A DNA stretch of 64,000 nt from Octopus sinensis (lineage: Eukaryota), in NCBI RefSeq assembly GCF_006345805.1, contig NC_042997.1, positions 9,920,001-9,984,000 of the forward strand, written 5' to 3'. The translations under genes were made by a program, and so were the position numbers. Below are positions 1 to 13,392 of the stretch, piece after piece; position 1 is the first letter of the stretch; every line of letters starts with the position of its first letter. Under the pieces are notes generated by a model that did no database searches, had not been told where the DNA came from, and saw only the letters and a list, made by a program, of their open reading frames with translations.

Positions 1-140
1 TTCTGAGTTCAAATTCCGCTGAGGTCAAATTTGCCTTTTGTTCTTTCCGGCTCGATAAAATAAGTACCAGTAAAGTACTGGTGTCGATGTAATCGACTCC
101 CAATCCCTCAAAACCTGATAGCTTTGTGCCAAAATTTGAT
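1..140 (+). mobile_element. SINE family C fragment (5' end cut by window edge)
   Basis: B-box GAGTTCAAATTCC and body similar to copies at 40423, 41193, 48895 and 53240. Confidence 0.8.
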
Positions 141-645
141 ATAAATATTTTAAGCAATAAAAAGTTATAAAACTGCAATAGTTTCATATGACAGAGTGTA
201 AACAGTGAATATTCCAGTAGAAATAAGACATCAATTTGTCAGACTGGCTCATTAAATACCCTTGCTACGAATACCGATTCATGTGTAGAACGTCCATCAA
301 TTCAGTATTATTCTTTATTCTGCTTCTTATTTTGAGTTCAACATTGCAGTCAGTTAAATGTTTCTTATATACTAGACGTGCACGAACGCTTTAGTGGAGG
401 AAATTACAACATTGTAGGCTACAGGGTGAAGGGCCACTAGTAAATGCGAACAACCTTATATTTTATTCTACAGAAGCTATACTGGAGGTCACTGAAAAAG
501 GAAAAATATTTACTGGTATAAAGAATATGATTATTAACAACTGTTCGCATTATCATTCATCTGTTAAGAAAGAGAGTGATAATCCAACAGCTGATAGCTC
601 CCAAAAGTTGTTCTGCATGAAGACAGGATGAGATATTTCCCAAAA

Positions 646-790
646 TTTTGTTAGATACATACATACATGCATACATACATACATACATACATACATACAT
701 ACATACATACATACATACATACATGATTATTTTGTTAGATACATACATACATATATACATACATACATACATACATACATACATACATAC
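646..790. repeat. (ATAC)n microsatellite with duplicated spacer ATTTTGTTAGATAC
   Basis: Direct reading; the spacer occurs twice (about 646 and 729). Confidence 0.9.
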
Positions 791-1034
791 ATAGTTTGAC
801 AAGGTTATGAGCCAGCTCTGGGGTACGCTGTCGTAGCGCTGGTCCATAAAGTGATTGAAAGAATACTGTTGTCAATGGTTTGCCATGTTCACTGTAACTG
901 AATATAAATCAAAGCTGGTGGAAATGATTAAGTCGACAACATTTTATTATTTTATTCTACACCGAACTCCAAAGTCCACTTGAATCCATTTTAAATTTGA
1001 TTTATCTGGGAGTTAATAAAATAATCACCTATTA

Positions 1035-1425
1035 TAAGCGCAGGAGTGGTTATGTGGTAAGAAGTTTGCTTCCCAACCACACGGTTCCGGGTTCAGTTCC
1101 ACTGCGTAGCACCTCCAGCAGGTGTCTTCTACTATAGCCGCGCGCCGACCAAAGCTTTGTAAGTGGATTTGATAGACGGAAAGAAGCCCGAAGTACATGT
1201 GTGTGTGTGAGAGAGAGAGAGAGTTTGTGCCTGACCATTGCTTGACCAACGATGTTGATGTGTTTGTGTCTCCATAACTTAGCAGTTCGGTTAAAGAAAC
1301 CGATTGGATAAGCACTGGGCTTTAATAAAAAGTACTGCGGTCGATTCATTCGACTAAAATTCCTCAACGTGATGCCCCAGCCTAGTCGCAGAATAATGAA
1401 TAAAACAAGTAAAAGATAAAAGATA
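1035..1425 (+). mobile_element. tRNA-derived SINE family A (internal microsatellite, TAAAAGA tail)
   Basis: Head GCGCAGGAGTGG..GGTAAG, B-box GGTTCAGTTCC, internal (GT)/(GA) tract, tail AAACAAGTAAAAGATAAAAGA; similar to 28509-28960. Confidence 0.9.
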
Positions 1426-1689
1426 CAAGCTGTTTTGAAATTCGTTTAAGTTGTTCATTTGATATTCCAACGAAGAAAAGAAAAATGGTTGGAATTCTCT
1501 CTATGAAAAATTCATTACTAATAGATCAAATACTCTACCATATGACAGCTAGATTTTTATCGGGAAGATATCTACATAAAATGAATGCAAATAATCTTCT
1601 TCCAGTCTATCTCATCGTTCGTTATTTCTTGTTTTCTTTCTCATTTTTGTATATTGCATCCACACGAGTTTCACTTGATAAACGAAGGT

Positions 1690-2520
1690 GAATGCGACTG
1701 AGTATAGCGGAGTTTTTTTGCTTCTGCAACTGTCTTATTTTAACTGTTTCGCAGTGCACGAAATAATTTAATGCTTCTGTCTAAATTTTCAAGCTGGCAG
1801 TCTGTTTGAACTCATCATGTAAACGTTGCAGAGGATAACTGCGATGACTTTTGTTGGTGCTGAATTCTTAGTATAGAGTCTGGAGGGCAAGTCTGATGAC
1901 ATAACATGTTGTTGGATAGTCGACACACAGATTGACAATAGCAGTGTTTGATGTTGGCTGTTTCTAAGTTGTATATTTGAACTTTTTCGAGAAATGGCTG
2001 CAATACGAATGATGTAGCTCTGTTATTTAATGCTTATGATTTATAGAGGATTCTTTTGGATATAGTACTTACGTTTTTCGTATCTAATCGTTATAGGTCC
2101 ATATTTCGGATCCATTGCCTGTGGTTGAAATGACGAGAGCTAGATGCAAAATGAGCTTGGTTTGTTGTTTAAAGGTTGTTTCTGAAGAGGAATTAGAGAA
2201 GACGTCACAGCCTAACAGAGATGTGTCATTAAACCTACTGGCTGCCAAAGCCTCGTTGTAATAAAGCGTTAGGAGATGTCTTAATTTTGAGAAAAAGTTC
2301 TAAATCCATTTACTGACAACCCTCACCGGGTTCTTAAATACATAGGTCGGTGGTAAGAGGCTGCGTTGATATACGACAGATTTTGATTTGCGAACATAAC
2401 ATCTAACAAGTTAATTACGATGAGTTTGGTCTCAATTTTCATCTTAAGACTTAGGGAGCTAAGCATGTGAATTAAGTTCTTCTTAGAACCGATAAAAGAA
2501 AGCGCTACTGTCAAGTCATT
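1690..2520 (-). mobile_element. Decayed RTE-clade LINE, RT C-terminal region
   Basis: Minus-strand translation TKLILHLALVISTTGNGSEIWT (cf. RTE YGSETWT) and RLALQTLY*EFSTNKSHRSYPLQRLHDE (cf. LYGEL..RGRP.LRFKD); many stops. Confidence 0.65.
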
Positions 2521-2774
2521 TGGTTTGTCCCACCCTTTTCACTCAGTGTAAAACCTGCACGAGAAGGATATTCCTTAGATTAGTGGATAAGGATTTCACG
2601 CACTCTCATAAGCACGGATGATAATTTAATAGAACAATTTAAGTGTCTAATTCAGCATTGCACCAACTTTAAAAAAGACTTTAGTGAACGCCACTAAATC
2701 CCGCACAGAGACATGGTGCTCATGTAGGTTTAACAAAGCAACTCCGAGGCCGTGGTCTATGAGGCAGAGGTGGT

Positions 2775-3024
2775 GTCTTTCAGTGATAATAATAACAACA
2801 GCGGCAGCTCCAGCAACGGATCTGGAATAACAGCAGCAATGTCAGTGATAGCAGCGACGGCAGCGATGGCAGCAGCAACAGCAACAACAACGACACCAGC
2901 AACATGTCCAGCAGTACTAACAGTAGCAACAGCAACGATTGCAGCAACAACAACAACAACAGCAACAACAACATGCCCAGTATCAACAGCAGCAACGGCA
3001 TCGATAGCAACAGCAACAACAAGT
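2775..3024. repeat. Degenerate (CAG/CAA/GCA)n trinucleotide tract
   Basis: Direct reading; explains the poly-A/T, poly-L and poly-S/N ORFs. Confidence 0.9.
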
Positions 3025-3390
3025 GGAGGCGCAATGGTCCAATGGTTAGGGCAGCGGACTTGCGGTCGGAGGATCGCGGTTTCGATTCCCAGACCGGACG
3101 TTGTGTGTGTTTATTGAGCGAAAATACCTAAAGATCCACGAGGCTCCAGCAGGGTGGTGGTGGCGACCCCTGTTGTACTCTTTCGCTACAACTTTCTCTC
3201 ACTCTTTCTTCCTGCTTCTTGTCCCCGACTTCCTACGCAACCGCTGAGCCTGGGTGCGCATTCATCCATCCGTCGATGCTCTCGATGTGGGGGGTTGACC
3301 TGCTTTCTCTTCTGTGGGTCTTACGAATAGCAAAGGACCACGTTTCGGACTTCTCCCATCTTGCGAGCTCTGGGACGAAGACCGTTCGCT
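3025..3390 (+). mobile_element. tRNA-derived SINE family B, tail type 1
   Basis: tRNA-like head GGAGGCGCAATGG..GGTTTCGATTCC plus core shared with 52692; 3' tail differs. Confidence 0.85.
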
Positions 3391-4359
3391 TAACAGCAAC
3401 AGCAGCAACAACAACAGAAGTAGCACCGAAGATGTAAGAAAACATACACGGAGTTATGTTGAATCTACGGTTGACCCCTTTAAGCTGCAACTAAGTAACG
3501 ACAGGTCCACTTTAAGATCCTAGAGAGGCGCAACGTTACGTCTTTAATCAATTACATATGGCGTTTAAAAGAAGAGTGAACGCGATACAAGATTAATTGG
3601 ACGCCCTTAGAACAGATTGGAGCGTGCCTCAACGGAAGCAGATGATGCGAATCTAATTTGGTTGAGAGAGCAAGGACCCCACCAAAATTCGCTTATCCAG
3701 GGCCTAGGTAACTTCAAGAAGTAAAGTGTTTTGTCCGTGCCTTCATTAGAGAATATTCATGAGGGAAAATATCCTTCCCTACTTGCTAACTAGTGAACGG
3801 AAAATGTACATAAACGGACCGTTTGGGACGCAACCCGAATCGTTTAAAGGGAGATAACTCCATTTCGCCTAGAGAGGGTGCTCACTTCGAAGAATTTCAT
3901 TTCAGCGAGGATGGTCATGTGATCAGACTTAGAAACGTCTGCTAGTTCTCCGTTACGTCCGTTCTTTAATATCACATGACAATATGTTTGGTGCCGTTAG
4001 TCAAAACTATTACAGTTGAGTGGACATGTCTAGTAGCAACATCTAACAATCAACGCTCCCTGAATTTTATGTCAAATATAGTAGAGGAAGATCACATCAT
4101 TAGTAATTTTAGAAATTTTTCGTAGTTCCCCACTATGTCTGTGACTTAATATGATGTGACTGTATTCTTTCGTGACGAAAATTAAGGCTGACACGGTTGA
4201 GTGAACATTTCTAGTAACAGTCCAAAAATAAGGCGCTCTAAATTTAATTTGTCAAATGGTTATGTAAACGGGAATTGTCTCTGTACAAACGTTCTCGATA
4301 TAAAAGCAAGGCATTTTTTAAGTTCCTATGAAGACCATAGTTCCACGTTTTTCTATCTC

Positions 4360-4400
4360 ACCTTTTGAAAATCAGATAAAATCTATGAAACCGGTTAGGT
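4360..4400 (+). ncRNA. Minimal type-I hammerhead ribozyme-like motif (U3-A8 core), partly decayed
   Basis: ACCT(T)-TTGAAAA-TC AGAT AAA ATCT AT-GAAA-CCGGT-T-AGGT: core, 4-bp stem II, palindromic stem III, 3-4 bp stem I. Confidence 0.55.
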
Positions 4401-4494
4401 CTGTAAAAGTTTAAAATAAAAACGAATGCCAGGGTATTTTCAAATTCCCTAATACATATAGGTGCATGTATGTTTGTATGTATGTGTGTATGTT

Positions 4495-4880
4495 ATCTTT
4501 TATTTCAGTAATTAGACTGCGGCCAATCTGGGGCACGGCCTTGAATTTTTAGTCGAATGTCTCGTCTCAAGTACTTATTTTTTAAAGCGTGGTAGTTCTA
4601 TCGTTCTCTTTTGCCGAACCACAAAATTTACGGGGACGTAAACACGCCAACATCGGTTATCAAGGGATGATGGGGGAACAAACACAGACACAAAGACACA
4701 CACCTATATATACACATATATACGACGGGCTTCTTTCAGTTTCCGTCAACCAAATCCACTCACAAGGCTTCGGCCGGCCCCAGGCTATAGAAGTGACATG
4801 CCTAAGATGCCACGTAGGGGGACTGAACCCGAAAATGGTTGGGAAGCAGGTTTCCTACCACACAGCCACTCCTGCGCCTA
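4495..4880 (-). mobile_element. SINE family A
   Basis: Reverse complement of the family A head (CCACTCCTGCGCCTA ends at 4880) and body. Confidence 0.9.
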
Positions 4881-7800
4881 TGTATGTATGTACGTGTATG
4901 AGCATGTGTCGTGCTCTTTTGGGTGTATAAATGACGTGCATTATTTTCTGAATACTGCACATCGGTGATTCCGTTGACGTTCTTCAGTCAAATAAAACAA
5001 GTAAAACATCACTCATTGCTTCGTACCAAATCGTCATTGCAGTGAGGTAGATCTGTTTGTGCAAGGAACAAAGAAAAAGTAATTTAGCAAGCAAATGACG
5101 TTGGGGTGTTTCGACACCGATGGGAAATTTTTCGGAGATTTTTTCGTGAGATACCCGTCCTACCTTTCCAGTGTAATATCGAAGTGAGTGTTACAATTGA
5201 ACAAGCGTCGAGCCAATGTACCTTAGCATCATCCACATGTTGAATCTGGCCATGGTATCTGATGGATGGTTTTGCATAGTACAATATAAAATAATTTTCT
5301 TCTTCTTTCTACCCTCTCTGTTCTGTCCAAAAGATCACATCGATGTTTCTTTGAAGGTTCAAAGTTACCACAGTGATCCAATTAGAATTTCCACAGGTAA
5401 TAGTTGATCGTGGACGATTCTTGTAAGACCATTCATAATAGGATATAGATTGTTAATATTATCAATAAGGATATCGCATAACAGACAATTTCTTGTTTGA
5501 AGTCCATAGGTTAACATAATCTTGTCAAAATAGACATTCAAAGGATCGACCAATAAATACATAGTAAAATTAAGTCTCAAGTGTGCAATGGACCCTTTGA
5601 AAATTCTAGTCAATAATAACCCTTATTAGCTGAAAACGAATCATTCAACATTATGCAAACGATAGATTTTATATTAAGCCGAATGATGTAACAAATATTT
5701 TTTAAAAAATTAATCGTATCGAGTTTAGATTTCCGATTTGCAATTCCAGCAGATGACTAATAACATTGATGCTTTGAGAAAGTATCAATATGAAAATATT
5801 CTATTTTTCTTATTCACAAGTTTGAGATTATCAACGTATCCTAAATGATACTTTCTTCTCTTCCTTCACCTGCTCATCATAATTGTAATCATCATCCTCA
5901 TCTTCATACTGCTTCTATTCCTTGCCCTACTCATCAATTTCGGCAGCAGCAGCAATAACAATATTAGTAGTAGCTCCACATCATCAGCAACACTACCAAG
6001 AGTAGCAACAACAAGAAAAGCAGCAACAGCCGTTAAAGAATTTGAACCTGGAGATCTCCATTTCCAGTGACTTCGAGGGCCACCTCCCAGTGGTGTCGGG
6101 CGTCAACAAAGAGCCCTCGACTACAAGACGACCAAAGTTTTTTTTTCCAAGGCCTGGGGTCTCCCGCCACTAAGCCCAAGACCATCACCTAATCACTCTT
6201 ACCCATCTTGTTGCTTAACAACGACAACAGCAGCACCAAAACCAAAACCGGAAATAACACGAGCAACATGATCACTATAAACAGTGGCAATACTAGCATC
6301 ATTTTAATATCATTTTTCTTTAATAACGATTTCGATCGGGTACTCCTACAACTAGAATTTATCCTTTTATCTTGATCCTACATAAAGTCATGTGTAGGTT
6401 CTAGCATTTTCAGATTCATACGAATCCTTTTATTCTACTTTTTTTTATATATCGGTTTCCTTCGAATTTAGCTTACTTCTACCATTAATTCACACGCGCA
6501 CATTCGTTACATATACAAAGCATACAAAATATATACCACTCTTATGCATTACATGCTCACAACCTCAATGTTAATTGTATTTCCTTCATGCATAAGTCAG
6601 TTCGTTTGTTGCTCTTCACTTACACTTAATCCTAAATTTTCTCCAGCTTCAGCAATCAGTGAACATTTAGTGCCAAAGAGCATCATAGTTCTTTCTTGCA
6701 CAAATGTCACGTAATGTATCGTTTATGCAAAAAGTGAATCTCGCTTTATCAATAGAATTAGATCTTCGTGAATATTATTCACAGTATGAATGCACTTACT
6801 ACTATTCACAAACACAGCCACATACTTGATTATTTGACCAGGTTCTGTGATGTTCAGTTATTAGTTGTTTTCTGTTATCATCTATTGATTTTTTTTCTCA
6901 TTTTTTCCCATACGTTATCCATTTATCTGTGGTTCGCTTCTTTATCTATTTTATATCTCTAATATATATCACATCAGCTCTTAATAGAATACGTTTGTAT
7001 CTATTTTTTAGTGTGTCTTTTGCTCATATGTTTTCTTAGTTCTCTGAAGAATGGTGCAACGTTGATCTCAGTAATAGGTGTTTACTTATAGAAGCAGGTA
7101 TATTCTTAGAATCCCGATTCATCGTAATTTAACTTCACTATCTTGTTTCTTCCATGTTGAGAGTTTCTTTTTTCATATTTATCACTTAAATATTACAGCT
7201 TTTATTTTCACTGTAACTTTGGCTATTTCAGTTTGACGCAGGATCTAAAAATCTCACTTCTTCTCTGTTGATGTAAGCAGGAAAATGTAGGTGCATTTTG
7301 GCTTCTATCAGAAACAAACGTTATGCGCAAATCAAAACTGACATCTGTCTTTATTCAGAACACTTTCGAGCTAGTTATAGCATGCTTTTATTAATTCTAG
7401 ATTCTCCTTGTTTATCTTTATTTGTTTCTGAAACTTTACTGATTTATAACAACTATTTGCGTAGTAAACTCATTGTCAATATCTCTGTCAGTATTACCAA
7501 GATAAGATGTTATGATTTCTCGAAATGGTCAGTAAAGATGGTATTATTTTAGGGATTAATTTTAGAGAGCACCTCTTCAAATCACAGTCTTGAATAGTAA
7601 CGAGACACCCAACGTCTTTAATACTTTGTTTCTGCATCTTCATTGATTTTTATAGATTAATTTACATTTTAACATGCCTATGCCCAAAAGTAAACTAATC
7701 CGAGATTAATCTTTGTTTATGCTGATAAAAGATAACATTACAAAAAACAGTACATTGATTGCTATTTCCATGTGTTTAGAACAAAAATAACTTATAAGAG

Positions 7801-9088
7801 ATTTTTATTAACAGATAATCATCAGCTGCTATGTTAATACAAATAATCTTTCCTGCATTGTTTTTCATATCTGCTTTGTTTATCCTATTTCTCGTTATTA
7901 TTTTCAGAATGAAGATATATTGATACATTTTATGCAAGTTTTTATATTGATACGAATGGAAGAAGGCATAGTAGGAATGATGAAAAACAGTGATCATTGT
8001 AACCATGTTAGAAATACTCATCAGGTATACATTGAAAGTTATGGAATTATTCAGTGTCAAAGCTCCTCCTGTAGCCAGACTCTGCTCACTTGATTTAACA
8101 GGAACATGAAATATAAGGAGTATAAGAGTTTGCATATTAAACATCCATGACTGCCCTTGACAGATCATAATGGTTAATTTCAATATGCGCATTTGCTGTC
8201 CCTCGTAAAATTTATGATCTGCTTACAATTCCTATGGAAATATTCACTTATCATCAACAGAATCGCTTTTACCTTCCCTGCAATTCTGCAAGTTTGTCAT
8301 CCGGGAATCAAATGCTGAAATGCCTGTTACATGTCATAAAGAGCTGAAACTTCTGCTCCGTTGCTACACTATACCAACACGTAAAGTTTCCTTAACCAAG
8401 AGGTCTCTTTTAGCGGTATTTCAGCTGAAAAAGCATTCATATGTTGTTTCTTCTTCTCCATCTACTTAGTAAACACTTGCTAAGCTTTTTTTCTCACAAA
8501 CTTTCAATACCATCCCCCACTACGTATACATTCTTATGAATATAGCTCTTCTGACTATTCAGTACAACAGCCATTTAAACACCCTTAAACAACGCATCAC
8601 ATAGCTCCTAGAATTGCTAATATCATCAATGCTCTCTTTCTCTCTCTATCTCTGTAGTTGTCTCCCCCTCTCTCCTTCTCTCTTTCTCTCTTGTAGGGTG
8701 ATGGATCACGTAAAATCTCGTTTCCTGGGTTGTGTATGCAAGTATGTCAACTACGTATTCCATGTAGATAATCATCTTACACCTGCATGACGCAAATTCA
8801 TGCTTGTCACTCCGTCATGCTCTGCCTAGCAATGTAGCATTGACTTGGTGTGTGATGCAAAACAATAAACAAAACGCACCAAAAAAAAAATGGAAATTAC
8901 AACAATAACAATTATAACCATTTTTGCTATTGTGTAATAGCTTCTACGAGAGATGCTTGCAAATATGATACAGATTATCTCACTAAAGTTTAAGAGAAAA
9001 GTGTCACAACGAGAAATGGGAAAGGTGAAACGAAAACTAAGTTTATCACCAAAACGAATTTTGCTTATATATATATACATACATACAA

Positions 9089-9197
<109 letters not shown>

Positions 9198-11079
9198 GTT
9201 GTGTGTTTGTTGAGGGATATAAGCATTTCATTATATGCTTTCTATCATACGACAATATAAAAAAATTATTTTATACCTGTAAAAACATAAAATCAAAGGA
9301 TATAAATAATGTTCTTACTTTTACTTTTTTTTTTGTTACTTTCACATATCTTTTGGCTACAACGTAAAAAATAAGCATGCGTTTGCTGATCTTCTTAGGT
9401 TGTTTATAAAATTTCAAATTCTATGGAAAAACAATAAGTTCAACAAAGTAATAATAATAATAATAATAATAATGATAATAATAATAACAACAACAACAAC
9501 AACAACAATAATAATGATCCTGATAGTAATACGTATAAATATATATGTATATAAACATATTTTTGTAATAAAATTCTTTTTCTAGTTTAAAAAATTATAC
9601 TTATCATGAACATTATTATATTCACATAATTATTTTTGTCTCATCTTTTTACTTTTCGGTTTATTAGTTTTCATTTGTTGTTTGTTTTTCCAATTTCAAC
9701 TTTATTCTTTTTTTATTTTCACAATTCTTATTACTGTTTTCCTTTTTCTACTCTTTCATTCTTCCCGAAAACTACTGAAGTGAAAAAAATATATATGTTT
9801 AGACTGATGAATGCAAACAAATGTATGAATAGAGAAAAAGTGTAGGAGGAAAAAATTATGAAATAATATATTATGAAAAGTATACGATAAACAAGTAAGG
9901 ATATGAAATATATGAAAAGTATATGAAATTGTATGAAATATATGAAACATGAAACAAATAAGCGAAATAAATATTTAAAGAGATAAACAATAAAACTATG
10001 TGATAAAATAATATATGATAAACAAGGAATAGGAAATAAACAATGTATATTCGACCAAAAAACAACTTGAGATCAGAGTGAAGTTTGTGAAAGAAGGAAA
10101 ATACCCATGAATATTAAAGTCAAGGATCATAAGAAACTTAGGTAGGGCATCCCAATGTCAAAGAAAAGGGGAACATTCAAACATATTTTGTGGGGTGGGG
10201 CGATATAAAAATATATGAATATGTATTGGATTTCACAAATTTGCATATGACATCATTATAGTTACATTTCTGCATGCGAAAATTAACGTATGGAAATCTT
10301 TTACACATTCTCACTTCTCTATAACTATTAATCTCTTATTACTCACTCGCATTCATAATTTTAATTAAAAGCAGTTTCATCCTATCAGTCCTGCCGTAAT
10401 TATAATTAACAACAGAATGCAACCGACTGGCTAATTGTTCAGGTATTCAGATCATATTCTTGTGTCTAATTGTAGTATGTTAATTTATTAGCATATTAAT
10501 CACCTTACGAATATTACAGAGGAAATTTCTATCCACTAGTCTATCCACAATGAAACTAGAACTAAAAATTGCCATTTAAAGTTTGTAGATACTCAGAAAA
10601 CACTTACTATAAATTAATTTCATCTCTCTGACACACATACACTTGCACCCTCTCTATCTCTCCCTCTTTCTTTCTTGTTTCTCTCACACATTTACCGGTT
10701 ACTCATATTACGAGTTTCGTAACGAACTGTTATTTATTACAAGGAACCTGGAGAAGTACTAGCCACTCAAAACCGGAGAAGTACTAGCCACTCAAAACGA
10801 AAAAAATCTAGCTATAGTATCACAAATACACAATAAGTTTTTTTTAATGAGGGTATATTCGCGATTCATTCATTCCGTTTATGTTTCATATAGCTACTAG
10901 TCACACCTACAAATAATTTCTAATTTGTTTTTTTTTATATTATTAATAATAGATGTCACGATTCAACGAATTTAGATGCACCTTGTGTTTTATGCATGAG
11001 CAGTTAACGCATTGACATATATACATACAAACATATGCATAAATATATGCATATATATAGCCATAAGTGTATATATATA

Positions 11080-11655
11080 CAGGATCTGGACAAAATAATG
11101 GAAACACCTAGCATCATAGCATCGTATTTTGAAACATCTATAAAACTGTCAAAAGCTTGCTTATTTTTATGTTATTTGATTTATTATTAGTGCTGTTTAA
11201 TATGTTTTGCTAAAATTGCTGTTTCTTTTCAGATATCATCAGAAAAGGATGATTAAAGATCATTAAACTGACAGATCTATCGGACTTTCTAAGAGGTCAA
11301 ATTGTTGGCGCTCGTGTGGCAGGCGCTAGCGTAACGAAAACAACCGAAATGTTTGATGTATCAAGTATTGTCTCGAAAGTAACGACAGCCTTTGAGAAAG
11401 AGGAAAACACAAGAAGAAAACACAAGAAGAAAACCAAAACTTTCAGATAGAGACCGTCAGACTCTTACGTGAATTGTTAGAAAGGACCACAAAAGTACAG
11501 CTCCGAAAATTACTGCAGAGCTTAATGACCACCTCTAGAACCCGGTTTCCACAAAAACTGTTCGCCGAGAGCTGCACAAAGCCGGATTTCACGGGAGGGC
11601 CTCAATTAGAAAACCACTACTTTCAAAAACAAACGTTGGAAAGCGTTCAGAGTCT
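11080..11655 (+). mobile_element. Tc1-like DNA transposon, 5' half (TIR plus transposase HTH region), truncated
   Basis: TA|CAGGATCTGGACAAAATAATGGAAACACC terminus; translation TDLSDFLRGQIVGARVAGASVTK...NPVSTKTVRRELHKAGFHGRASIRKPLLSK. Confidence 0.9.
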
Positions 11656-11663
11656 TTTCGACT

Positions 11664-11777
11664 TTTTCAGCTAAGAGTGGGTATTAATTAAGAAGAAAAT
11701 CAATCAAATTGAAGAAAGAATTAAATGAAATGTTTTGTAAATATTTCCATAATCTTCAAATAGGTAGATTTTCCTTT

Positions 11778-11821
<44 letters not shown>

Positions 11822-12090
11822 TTTGTGAGGGATCGGTAGGTAGTTGCAGAGTTGAAAAAATAGTCTTTGTGGGGGCAGAGAGATAGCATTCATAAAGACT
11901 ATTTTTGTCAGATCTGCTACTACCTACCAATCCTTCACAAAGTAAAAGATAAAGACAGAAAAATGGAAACTATCCTACCTATCTGAAGACTATGGAAATA
12001 TTTACAAAACATTTCAGTTGATGTTTTTCATCAATTTTATTGTTTTTCTTCTTAATTCATATCCACCTTTGTTTTACCCTTAGTTGAAAA
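11664..12090. repeat. About 430-bp foldback (long imperfect palindrome, 19-nt loop)
   Basis: 11726-11767 pairs with 11975-12016 (40/42); 11821-11871 pairs with 11891-11942; outer ends TTTTCAGCTAAG / CTTAGTTGAAAA. Confidence 0.9.
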
Positions 12091-12118
12091 TAATTCTAAA
12101 GGCTGAAACCGGTTCTAA
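12080..12118 (+). ncRNA. Minimal hammerhead-like motif (U3-A8 core), stem II decayed
   Basis: TTAG-TTGAAAA-N14-GAAA-CCGGT-T-CTAA; stem I TTAG/CTAA is perfect. Confidence 0.55.
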
Positions 12119-12231
12119 ACGTTATGAAATATATTTCACGATAAAATAACTTTAGCATTTTCTATCTTATTTTATCTTATTTTCCCTATACAAAACGACT
12201 CGTGTGCTACTTTTAAATATTATATATATAT

Positions 12232-12284
<53 letters not shown>

Positions 12285-12287
<3 letters not shown>

Positions 12288-12632
12288 CTTAGAATAACTT
12301 AGAAAGGTTTTGGCCAGTATTGGCCCAGGCCATGTCTAACTTAATAGCACCACCTGGCGAAGTCTTTCAGTTCAGGATTTGGGCACCAAGGCCCATTCGA
12401 GCAGAGAGTTATTGTTTGCGGAGACATATCCGGGTGTGGGTGGTTTGTCCGGTACTGTTTGAAGGAATTTGTCCAAAGACTTCTTGAATTTTGTGTGGTC
12501 AGTATCTTTTTTGACGTATCCTGGTGTAATGTTGAAGAGAGCGGGTCCAATTGAGGTGAAATAGTTGTGCCGTATTGTCGTTATGTGATGCGATTTAGAT
12601 TTCTGTTGTGGACGGATGGCACGTGGTCAGCA
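12285..12632 (-). mobile_element. 5'-truncated CR1/L2-type LINE 3' end
   Basis: Minus-strand [52 protein letters not shown], short 3' UTR, tandem TTCTAAGTTA tail. Confidence 0.8.
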
Positions 12633-12800
<168 letters not shown>

Positions 12801-13339
12801 GCACGTATAATAACTGAGAGTAATTGAAGATTTATGTAAAATCCAGAAAAAACACCTCAGCAGTGTTTCATGCAGGAATCTGGCTAGCCAAACTGTTTAC
12901 ATAGCAAAGGGTAAGTTACACCTTGTACGTAACATTAGTTTTCTTTTTTTGCTCAATATATGTGTGTTTATGTGTGTGTATGTGTGTGTATGTGTGTGTA
13001 TGTGTGTGTATGTATGCTTGTGTGTGTGTTTGTGCTCCCACATCCTGACAAACTGTGTTGGTCTGTTACATCCCGTAACTTAGCGATTCGGTAAGATAGA
13101 CCAATAGAATAAGTACAAGACTTACAAAACAGCTAACACAAACGTAGACGAAAATATTTCATCCTGAAAATTTAAGTTTCCTCTAAAAATAACAGTTGAA
13201 TCTTTTCGTTTCGACTGCATCAAGTTTAACATTTTAGTAATTTCAATTATATATCTACCTATATAAGACTCCTTCATAACATTTTAATACAATTCCTACA
13301 TCATTAGGTTACTCTTCAAAGACACAAGCACAAACCTAT

Positions 13340-13392
13340 CCAATATACATTCACCCCTATATAAAGTGAAAGCAGTTCATTACCCTACAGTC
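13340..13392 (+). promoter_or_regulatory. Candidate TATA/Inr core promoter (motif only)
   Basis: TATATAAAG at 13358; Inr-like ACAGTC with its central A 31 nt downstream; CCAAT at 13340; no downstream gene identified. Confidence 0.2.

Noticed and set aside
5084-5620. Possible RT remnant (QHVDD)
   Set aside because: Single weak motif with no ordered neighbours
7100-8450. Possible very old LINE endonuclease remnant (minus strand)
   Set aside because: Only vague motif resemblance (ETLRVG); cannot be supported without an HMM search
10750-10798. 24-bp exact tandem duplication (period 25)
   Set aside because: Two copies with no spacer; ordinary local duplication, not CRISPR-like
11975-12010. CTGAAGA-CTATG-GAAA as a canonical hammerhead core
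   Set aside because: No stem I complement follows; it lies within the foldback arm
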